Shown here: one piece after another, positions 8,537 to 15,893 of the stretch
How the letters are laid out: each line of letters opens with the position of its first letter
How positions within the stretch are numbered: position 1 is the stretch's first letter
Program-made: the position numbers and the translations under genes
Source: Candidatus Fokinia solitaria
Lineage (GTDB): Bacteria > Pseudomonadota > Alphaproteobacteria > Rickettsiales > Midichloriaceae
DNA length: 32,000 bases
Assembly: GCF_003072485.1 (NCBI RefSeq)
Contig: NZ_CP025989.1
Span: 660,001 to 692,000, forward strand
Reading direction: 5' to 3'
Notes under the pieces: model-generated
Databases searched by the model: none
What the model saw: the letters and a program-made list of their open reading frames with translations, nothing else
What the model was told of the DNA's origin: nothing

Positions 8537-9883
8537 CTATTGTTCTCTTGTTATTTCGAGAGTAGTATTTTTTAGTCTTTGCGGTATATTTCCGTACCCT
8601 CTTTCCAACTTGTCTGCATCGTCTAATATAGTATCGCCTTTTGCAAGAACTGCTGCAATAAGATAAGCTAATCCAGCTCTGATATCAGGTACAACTATAG
8701 GCTCTTTCAATGCGTGCAGTTCCGTTTTACCTTTTACTATCGCACTATGCGGATGATAGTATCCTCTATAACGACAATTTGAGCTACCAAGACATGAGTG
8801 AAATATAGAAATATCAGCACCTAATTGATTCAACATATCAGTATAACCTAGTCTATTTTCATATACCGTCTCATGCACTACTGAAGTGCCACGCGCTTGA
8901 GTTAGCATTACAGTAAACGGTTGCTGCCAATCAGTAGAAAAGCCTGGATATACGTCTGTTTCAAGCACAAGTGGCGATATTACGCTATTATATTCGCTAT
9001 AAAATCGTATTGAATTTTCTGAAAGAATTTCGAATCTACCTCCTGCCATATTCAAATACGACAGAAAGATACCAAGAAGCTCAGGATTAATCCCTTGCAA
9101 CGTAATATCACTACCTCTTACAGTGCATGCAAGTAACGCCCACGATACCGCTTCTATTCTATCTCCTATAACATGAAAATTCACGCCTTTTAACTGCTTT
9201 ACTCCATGCACAATCAACTCTCGATTCGGATTGATGAAGATCACAGCGCCCATGCATCTTAACATGGAAATTAAATGCATTATTTCCGGTTCCATCGCTA
9301 TGTTTTTTATGACACTCATACCATCAGCTAATACAGCTAGAAATAAGCATGTCTCAGTAGCGCCAACTGAAGGATATGGAAGAGTAAAATGAGTACCAGA
9401 CAATTTATGATTTTTACGCGCACGAAAGCAATTATTACCGACCTCTACCTCTCCGTTAAACATTCTTATAGCTTCAACGTGAAAATCGACTTTTCTTTTA
9501 CCAATCTCATCACCCGTAATAGTAGGCACTTCTACTTCATCGAACAATTGTAATAATACGCTAAGAAGCAATATCGGAATTCTATTTGTAGCAGAATCCG
9601 GCAATACAACTATTGCTTTAGATATAGAACGAGGATCGATCGTCACTTTACCAAAGTGAGAGTTATCATCTCTATCAAACTTCACATCAGCACCTGTCAT
9701 CTCTATCATTTTTCTTGTAATCTCTACGTCTCCGATATATGGCATATTCCACAAAGTACTCTCAGTACTACCAAGCATCGATGCAAGCATCACTTTTGTT
9801 GCAAGATTTTTAGCACCTAAGCATTGTATATTACCTATAATTGGAGTACCGCCGCGTATTTTATACCTTATTTTCGTTGTCAT
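8537..9883 (-). CDS. murA: UDP-N-acetylglucosamine 1-carboxyvinyltransferase MurA (Asp in place of the catalytic-loop Cys)
   Basis: 448 aa. It has GAKNLATK (Lys22 region), the loop ITGDEIGKRKVDFH, STDWQQP and PDIRAGLA. It is collinear with E. coli MurA by eye. Confidence 0.9.
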   Translation of the reverse strand: MTTKIRYKIRGGTPIIGNIQCLGAKNLATKVMLASMLGSTESTLWNMPYIGDVEITRKMIEMTGADVKFDRDDNSHFGKVTIDPRSISKAIVVLPDSATNRIPILLLSVLLQLFDEVEVPTITGDEIGKRKVDFHVEAIRMFNGEVEVGNNCFRARKNHKLSGTHFTLPYPSVGATETCLFLAVLADGMSVIKNIAMEPEIMHLISMLRCMGAVIFINPNRELIVHGVKQLKGVNFHVIGDRIEAVSWALLACTVRGSDITLQGINPELLGIFLSYLNMAGGRFEILSENSIRFYSEYNSVISPLVLETDVYPGFSTDWQQPFTVMLTQARGTSVVHETVYENRLGYTDMLNQLGADISIFHSCLGSSNCRYRGYYHPHSAIVKGKTELHALKEPIVVPDIRAGLAYLIAAVLAKGDTILDDADKLERGYGNIPQRLKNTTLEITREQ

Positions 9884-10425
9884 CGTTTCTTCTTTTCATA
9901 TTTACGATTTTTGACAGGATAAGAAGTAAAGACGTATAATCCGATATCATCATCCCGTGCAGTAGCTTTTAGCACAACATTCGCACGTTTTAAATTCATT
10001 TTCTCACCATCATTCTGAATACCGAAGCCTATTTCCTTAGATGCGTCCGTAGTGACAAGCAATGAGGCTTTCTTTCTTTTATCGCCATTTTCCTTTACTT
10101 TTCCGATATTTTCTAACCATTCACATATTTTATCCTTATTCTCTTTTAATGCTTTTCGGATAGTTTCATTTGCAGATTCTTCGCTAAAGTACGTCGATAC
10201 AAAGCTTACACTTCTACAATGCATTTTACTTTTCAGCCATTTTTCACTTTTTCCAATGTGCTCTGAATATGTATGAGAAAAAAACATACGATCATTTTCA
10301 CTGACGTCAAATTTTGCAGCATACTGCAGCAATTTTCCTTCACATACCGTCTTCTTCTCTTCTGCTAGACTAACGGTAGCGGTGCATACCGATAATGCTA
10401 GTAATGCATATATTAATCTTTTCAT
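9880..10425 (-). CDS. Signal-peptide protein with bacterial RNase A-like (CdiA-CT / RNAse_A_bac type) toxin domain
   Basis: 181 aa. The leader is MKRLIYALLALSVCTATVSLA followed by EEKK. The mature part has SHTYSEHIGKSEKWLKSKM ... ANETIRKALKENKDKICEWL ... ANVVLKA ... LYVFTSYP. This matches my remembered pattern of the family (GHT..RHVGKt...L..R ... a...l..n...i..Wl ... vvl ... y.lTaYP). The stop overlaps the murA start as ATGA. Confidence 0.55.
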   Translation of the reverse strand: MKRLIYALLALSVCTATVSLAEEKKTVCEGKLLQYAAKFDVSENDRMFFSHTYSEHIGKSEKWLKSKMHCRSVSFVSTYFSEESANETIRKALKENKDKICEWLENIGKVKENGDKRKKASLLVTTDASKEIGFGIQNDGEKMNLKRANVVLKATARDDDIGLYVFTSYPVKNRKYEKKKR

Positions 10426-10628
10426 ATTACTTGCGATATTTCCTTTCTCTTTTACATTAGCTTGCTTCTCCTTTCTATAATTACTTGAGAGTACTCATAC
10501 ATTTTTCAAGTATTTGTCGTAAATTTTCTCTCATCATAAAACAACGGAGTGCATTTCAACTTCTCAAGATTATTGTGCTACATGTAAACAATATCGTTGT
10601 ATATAAGCATTTAAACTAGTAAATGTGC

Positions 10629-11000
10629 GCACGTAGTATATAAGCCGAGTTCTGTAGTGCTAATAGCACCGAGAGTCATTTCTCTAGCCTTGCCGTCTCC
10701 AGCAAGTTCCAGCGATCTACCCTAGAACAATTACTCTCAGAAGAGGAGAGGCAAGAAATAAATCTTGCATGTTCTGCTACTTGATCTTGCTTCAAATGGG
10801 GTTTGCAATGCAAATCTCGTCACCGAGATCACGGTAAGCTCTTACCTCACCTTTTCACCCTTACCATAAAGGCGGTATATTTTCTGTTGCACTTTCCCTT
10901 AGGCATTAATACCTAGCTAGGCATTACCTAGCATTTTTCTTCAGCGAAGCTCGGACTTTCCTCTATACTTTAAAAGTATAGCGACTCTCCAACTACGTAC
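10629..11000 (-). ncRNA. rnpB: RNase P RNA, bacterial type A
   Basis: The minus strand reads ...AGAGGAAAGTCCGAGCTTCG... (P4 5' strand), AAGTGCAACAGAAAATATACCGCC, and GGTAAGGGTGAAAAGGTGAGGTAAGAGCTTACC. It also has ACAGAACTCGGCTTAT (P4 3' strand, with a change compensatory to the 5' strand). A P1 helix joins GTACGTAGT (about 11000-10992) to ACTACGTGC (10637-10629). The ends are approximate. Confidence 0.9.
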
Positions 11001-11034
11001 CTACTTATTGTACATGAACTGCTTTCTGATGCAA

Positions 11035-11460
11035 TCATTGCACATCTACTTGCTTTGTATATTTTCGCATAAGTGCACTGAATGCCCGTAAATAGTCGCG
11101 ATACAAAGTATCGATATCGGATACTGCTGCTTCTTTACGCAAGATGAGTACAATATAGATCGTTTTATCAGCTAACTTATGCAATTTCGCATGCTTTCTC
11201 GCTACCTCTCGAACTAACCTCTTCACATGGTTGCGAAGTACAGCGTTGCCGACACGTTTACTTGTGACGGTACCAAAGTAATATCCACAACGAGTTGCAG
11301 TATTTTTCACATCCATGAACATTACAAAGCTTGATACTATAAATCTCTTAGCATCATGTAATATGGATTTTATCGAATATTCAGACTCTTTAATCAATGC
11401 AAAATGAGACGATCGCTGCAGTGAAGAACTTGCAGGCATTCTCGCGACTCTAAATTTCAT
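11035..11460 (-). CDS. rnpA: RNase P protein component
   Basis: The block FGTVTSKRVGNAVLRNHVKRLVREVAR matches the RNR-motif region of RnpA (..a..RNr.KR..Re..). ATG at 11460 is preferred over the TTG at 11463 listed in the ORF track. Confidence 0.8.
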   Translation of the reverse strand: MKFRVARMPASSSLQRSSHFALIKESEYSIKSILHDAKRFIVSSFVMFMDVKNTATRCGYYFGTVTSKRVGNAVLRNHVKRLVREVARKHAKLHKLADKTIYIVLILRKEAAVSDIDTLYRDYLRAFSALMRKYTKQVDVQ

Positions 11461-11468
11461 CAAAATAT

Positions 11469-12560
11469 CTATATCGCGTATACATCGTTACAGAGGACAT
11501 CCTCACTTGGAAGCTGTGAGTCTTCAGCAAACTTTGCAGCTGCATACACTATTGATTTTACTTTCTCATTAATAGCATTGAGATCCTTTTCGCGTTCTTT
11601 GGATATGGAGAGAATTTTATCTTTAAGTACAGTTATAGGATCGACATTCTTATACTCTTCCACTTCTTCTTTTGTTCTATATTTTGCAGGATCTGACATT
11701 GAATGCCCTCTATATCTATACGTTTTACACTCTACTATTATAGGACCATTATTAGACGCGACATAATCTCGTGCTTCAATTAACTTACAATGCGCTTCTT
11801 CTACATCCATACCATTAATTACAAAACCTGGAATACCGAAAGAAACACCTCGTGCATACATCGTATTCGGAGTACATGATGCTCTATTCACAGACGTACC
11901 CATACCATATTCGTTATTCTCTATTATGTACACCACAGGTATATTCCATAACTTTGCCATATTGAATGCTTCGTACACTTGCCCTTGATTTACAGCACCA
12001 TCTCCCATTACTACGAAACATACTGCATCTTTTTTCTGATACTTCATAGACATTGCTATTCCAGTACCAACTGACACCTGTGCACCTACTATACCATGTC
12101 CTCCATAGAATCCTCTTTTTATATCAAACATATGCATTGAACCGCCTTTCCCTGCAGAACATCCAGTAGCTTTACCTAAGAGTTCAGCCATGATAGCGTT
12201 TGGATCTCCTCCAATTGCAAGCATCATACCATGATCTCTATAACTTGTGATTATAGCGTCCTCCGCCTTCATACACTCAGACAAACCAACGGCCACCGCT
12301 TCCTGTCCTATGTACAAATGACAGAAACCACCTATCATGCCCATACCATATAATTGCCCTGCTTTTTCTTCGAATCTTCTCAATAAAAGAGCTTTTTCAT
12401 AGAAGCGCAACAATTCTTCTACATTGTACGACTTTGCTACTGCATCACTCTTTGTATCAATATGCGAAAACGCAGCAGCAAGCTGTGCTACACCCTCATT
12501 TACGCTTTTTGGAAAGAAGTGCTGCGTCGTACCAAAGTTTTTCGAAGATTGCTTGTGCAT
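11469..12560 (-). CDS. pdhA: Pyruvate dehydrogenase E1 component, alpha subunit
   Basis: 363 aa. It has YRDHG, the TPP-binding GDGAVNQGQVYEAFNMA...NN motif and YRYRGHSMSDP. Confidence 0.92.
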   Translation of the reverse strand: MHKQSSKNFGTTQHFFPKSVNEGVAQLAAAFSHIDTKSDAVAKSYNVEELLRFYEKALLLRRFEEKAGQLYGMGMIGGFCHLYIGQEAVAVGLSECMKAEDAIITSYRDHGMMLAIGGDPNAIMAELLGKATGCSAGKGGSMHMFDIKRGFYGGHGIVGAQVSVGTGIAMSMKYQKKDAVCFVVMGDGAVNQGQVYEAFNMAKLWNIPVVYIIENNEYGMGTSVNRASCTPNTMYARGVSFGIPGFVINGMDVEEAHCKLIEARDYVASNNGPIIVECKTYRYRGHSMSDPAKYRTKEEVEEYKNVDPITVLKDKILSISKEREKDLNAINEKVKSIVYAAAKFAEDSQLPSEDVLCNDVYAI

Positions 12561-12587
12561 GCACAGTTAATTAAGGTTAAAAAAATC

Positions 12588-12845
12588 CTACCTTTTTATA
12601 ATATTTTTCTCCGTACACAAGGACATCAGTTTAGCGACTCTTTTCGAGACCTGTGCACCTTGTGAAATCAGAAACTCTGCTTTCTCAAGATCTATCTTAA
12701 ATTTATCTGATGGTTCGCAATTTAACACAGGATTATAATATCCGAGATTATATTTAAATTTACCATCTCTCGGCGCTCTGACATCAGCGGCAACAATACG
12801 GAAAGGCTTTCCTCTGGTACGCGCTAACCTAATCTTTAAAGACAT
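12588..12845 (-). CDS. rpsP: 30S ribosomal protein S16
   Basis: The internal ATG at 12845 gives [39 protein letters not shown]..., a typical S16. The longer ORF-track start (13022) would read through the tRNA. Confidence 0.9.
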   Translation of the reverse strand: MSLKIRLARTRGKPFRIVAADVRAPRDGKFKYNLGYYNPVLNCEPSDKFKIDLEKAEFLISQGAQVSKRVAKLMSLCTEKNIIKR

Positions 12846-12875
12846 ACTAATTACGTGAATTATTATTTTGTCACG

Positions 12876-12958
12876 TACCTCTGACTGGACTCGAACCAGC
12901 ACATCCGCAAAGACAGCAGATTTTGAGTCTGCCGCGTCTACCATTCCGCCACAGAGGC
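12876..12958 (-). tRNA. tRNA-Leu (anticodon CAA)
   Basis: The minus strand reads GCCTCTG-TG-GCG-GAATGGTAGA-CGC-G-GCAGA-CTCAAAA-TCTGC-(long variable arm)-GCTGG-TTCGAGT-CCAGT-CAGAGGT-A. It folds as a cloverleaf with a 7-bp acceptor stem, a T-loop TTCGAGT and a class II variable arm. No CCA is encoded. Confidence 0.9.
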
Positions 12959-12967
12959 ATATATTGG

Positions 12968-12996
12968 ATACTATACCAAAACTGTAAGGACTGCAA
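12968..12996 (-). promoter_or_regulatory. Sigma70-like promoter candidate just upstream of tRNA-Leu
   Basis: The minus strand has TTGCAG (12996-12991), a 17-nt spacer, then TAGTAT (12973-12968), about 9 nt before the tRNA 5' end. Confidence 0.3.
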
Positions 12997-13068
12997 TAAA
13001 CACATTCACTAAGCTGCAACAATCAGATATTATCATATAAACTTGCTTTTGAATCATATGCAAAGTTA

Positions 13069-14124
13069 ATGAAACAGAATATTCTAAACTACTCTAAACA
13101 GGAGGTGGCAAATCATTTTGTAGAAAACAATATCGAGAAAGGATTTAGAGCGGCGCAAATATTCTCATGGTTATACGACAGAGGCATTACCTCTTTTGAT
13201 ATGATGCATAATGTACCGATCATACTAAGAAAGTATCTCATTGAAAATTTCGATATCACAATACCAATATGTAGAAAAGAATCCATTTCAACAGATGGTA
13301 CAATAAAGTGGCAATTAAGCACTGAAGAAAATGATCCAAAACTTGATATTGAGACCGTATATATACCGGAAATGGAGAGAAATACGTTATGTATATCTTC
13401 ACAAGTAGGATGTCCTATAAGATGCACATTCTGTCATACTGGCACACAAAAATTTGCTAAAAATCTCACAGCAGGAGAAATAATCGGGCAATTACTATTT
13501 GCTTATAAGAGACTTCAAGTACTCAGAACGGAAGCAGGTAATATATCTAATGTTGTTTTTATGGGCATGGGAGAGCCATTGCTGAACTACAATAATGTAG
13601 TGAAAGCAATCAAGACTATTACAACGGCGAAAATCTTCAACATCACATCAAAGAAAATTACTGTATCAACATCTGGCGTAGTACCTCAAATCAAAGCTCT
13701 TGGAAATGACACAAAAGTGAAGTTAGCAATCTCTTTGCACGCAGTAAAAGATGAAATAAGAAATCACTTAGTACCATTAAATAAGAAATATCCAATACCG
13801 GTACTACTGGAGGCATGTGAAGAATATCATCAAATTACGAAGGAAAAAATAACCTTTGAATACGTTATGCTGAAAGATATCAATGATTCAGATGACGATG
13901 CGTATACAATGATCAAAGCAGTACAAAACGTAAACTGTAAAATTAACCTCATCCCCTTTAATAGATGGGAAGGTAGTCGCTATTGTTCTTCAACAAATGA
14001 ACAAATTCTACGTTTTCAGCAAATTCTTAAAAATGCGGGATATGCTACAACTGTGAGAAAAAACAGAGGACAAGACATTATGGCAGCGTGTGGACAGTTA
14101 AAGTCAAATTGTAATACGATATAA
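13069..14124 (+). CDS. rlmN: 23S rRNA/tRNA adenine-C2 methyltransferase RlmN (radical SAM)
   Basis: 351 aa. It has the CPIRCTFCHTG radical-SAM cluster motif, GMGEPLLN and the C-terminal AACGQL. Confidence 0.92.
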   Translation: MKQNILNYSKQEVANHFVENNIEKGFRAAQIFSWLYDRGITSFDMMHNVPIILRKYLIENFDITIPICRKESISTDGTIKWQLSTEENDPKLDIETVYIPEMERNTLCISSQVGCPIRCTFCHTGTQKFAKNLTAGEIIGQLLFAYKRLQVLRTEAGNISNVVFMGMGEPLLNYNNVVKAIKTITTAKIFNITSKKITVSTSGVVPQIKALGNDTKVKLAISLHAVKDEIRNHLVPLNKKYPIPVLLEACEEYHQITKEKITFEYVMLKDINDSDDDAYTMIKAVQNVNCKINLIPFNRWEGSRYCSSTNEQILRFQQILKNAGYATTVRKNRGQDIMAACGQLKSNCNTI

Positions 14125-14182
14125 GTTGCTAATACTGCCATTTCGTTATAGAATCGTGGCATGCAATACATTTAGAAATGAG

Positions 14183-15046
14183 ATGCGTAATATGAGTCAC
14201 CTAGGGAAAGGGTTATCAGCCTTAATCTCGGAGGCAAGTACTTCATTTACACAAACAGAATCTCTTCGAGGATCATCGCTTCTACCTCTCAACATTATTA
14301 CCTTTAATCCAGCACAACCGCGAAAAACGATTGATACAGATGAGTTGAACGAATTAGCTTCCTCTATAAAACAATTTGGTGTGCTACAGCCAATTATCGT
14401 AAGAAAGATGGATGATAAATTATATCAAATAATAGCAGGTGAGAGACGGTATCATGCTTCTAAAATAGCAGGATTAGAAGAGATTCCTGTAATAATAAGA
14501 AATTCTGATGAGCTTGAATCTATGGAAATCGCCTTAGTGGAAAACACACAGAGAGCCGATCTGAATACTATAGAGGAAGCTGAAGCATATAAGAAATTTT
14601 CTACAGACTTTGGGTATACTCATGAGATGCTTGCTGAGAAATTCGGCAAAAGCAGAAGTTATATTGCAAATACAATAAGACTACTTAAGTTGCCGGAAAA
14701 AGTAAGGAAAATGATAATTAATGGACAGATTAGTGCCGGACATGCAAGAGCAATGGTGTGTACTGATAATCCTGAAGAAATAGCGAACAAAATCGTAGAG
14801 AAGAATCTTACTGTGAGAGATGTAGAAAAGCTTGCTAAATCGGAAGAAGAGGAAGGAAATAGCAAGAAAAGTACAGCTATGCCCGATAATGCATTACTGG
14901 AAATGGAAAAATTATTAAGCAGTGCACTGAATGCGAAGGTAAAGATATCGGCAGGAAATAAAAACTATAAACTCACTATTACATGTAAAGAGTTAAACGA
15001 ATTGGATAACCTTGCATTTAAAATCACATTAGGTAATGCTAAGTAG
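14183..15046 (+). CDS. parB: Chromosome partitioning protein ParB
   Basis: It has an LGKGLSALI N-terminus, a ParB box (YQIIAGERRYHASKIAGL..IPVIIR) and an HTH region (SRSYIANTIRLLKLP). ATG at 14183 (or 14192) is preferred over the TTG at 14126 in the ORF track. Confidence 0.88.
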   Translation: MRNMSHLGKGLSALISEASTSFTQTESLRGSSLLPLNIITFNPAQPRKTIDTDELNELASSIKQFGVLQPIIVRKMDDKLYQIIAGERRYHASKIAGLEEIPVIIRNSDELESMEIALVENTQRADLNTIEEAEAYKKFSTDFGYTHEMLAEKFGKSRSYIANTIRLLKLPEKVRKMIINGQISAGHARAMVCTDNPEEIANKIVEKNLTVRDVEKLAKSEEEEGNSKKSTAMPDNALLEMEKLLSSALNAKVKISAGNKNYKLTITCKELNELDNLAFKITLGNAK

Positions 15047-15048
15047 CT

Positions 15049-15888
15049 TTATGTAAGTTTAATACCTCCAAACTGCTCGTTCAACACTCTCTTATCAAGC
15101 CCCTCTCTGCCGCTGAACAGTAGCACTGTTCGTAATGCATTATTCATGCTTACCGATACAGTAGACACATCTCTACACTCCCAAAAATCAGCAGTGGCAT
15201 TTACAGGTCTTTTCTCCGCTTCTAATATAGAAAATTCTACTCTACTAGAATCTTCAATAACTGCCCCGTTCCATCCACGTGGACGAAATATACATATAGG
15301 TGTCATTGCAATACATCTTGAATTTAATGGTAATATAGGACCACGTGCTGCAGAGTTATATGCAGTACTTCCGGCAGGAGTTGCTACTAATATACCATCT
15401 CCAACAATATTTCCCATATTCGTAGAATTCAGATATATTTCTATTTTTGCGCTTTGCTTCGTCTGCCTAATCAAAGATACTTCATTTACTGCGTGATATA
15501 CACTCATCGAACCGTCACTATGCCTTACTTCCATAGCTAACGTTGGCAGCATTACTATTCTAGCAGTAAGTATATCGTTCATCAGTACGCCTACAACATA
15601 CTTGTTCAGCAAAAACCCTACAGTACCTGCATTAATTCCGTAAATCTGAATACGATATTCGAGTAACGCATGAATTGCCTTCAACATGAATCCATCTCCT
15701 CCTATAACTACAACAACATCGCATTTAATATCGCTGAATCTCAATCCACTATCATACTCACAAGAACAAACACGTAAATCTGAAACAGTGAGTAGGTAGT
15801 AATCTGATATCCCTTCTCGCTCTTTGACAATATGCCAAACTGCTAAAGCCTTCTGAGAATCCTGATCTACAGCAAAGCATACAATCAT
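15049..15888 (-). CDS. nadK: NAD(+) kinase
   Basis: 279 aa with GGDGFML, NEVSL and DGILVATPAGSTAYNSAARGPI. Confidence 0.88.
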   Translation of the reverse strand: MIVCFAVDQDSQKALAVWHIVKEREGISDYYLLTVSDLRVCSCEYDSGLRFSDIKCDVVVVIGGDGFMLKAIHALLEYRIQIYGINAGTVGFLLNKYVVGVLMNDILTARIVMLPTLAMEVRHSDGSMSVYHAVNEVSLIRQTKQSAKIEIYLNSTNMGNIVGDGILVATPAGSTAYNSAARGPILPLNSRCIAMTPICIFRPRGWNGAVIEDSSRVEFSILEAEKRPVNATADFWECRDVSTVSVSMNNALRTVLLFSGREGLDKRVLNEQFGGIKLT

Positions 15889-15893
15889 CTTTT

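Noticed and set aside
10482-10510. Inverted repeat ACTTGA-N17-TCAAGT with an internal GAGTACTC palindrome upstream of the RNase A-like gene, considered as an operator
   Set aside because: The arms are short, it is a single occurrence, and no regulator is known. I cannot distinguish it from chance by eye.
12588-13022. ORF-track version of the S16 gene, extended to 144 aa
   Set aside because: The extension reads straight through a well-formed tRNA-Leu gene. S16 homology begins at the internal ATG (12845).
15274-15283. 10-bp palindrome TCCACGTGGA considered as a parS site near parB
   Set aside because: The flanks do not match the TGTTNCACGTGAAACA consensus, and it lies inside the nadK coding region.
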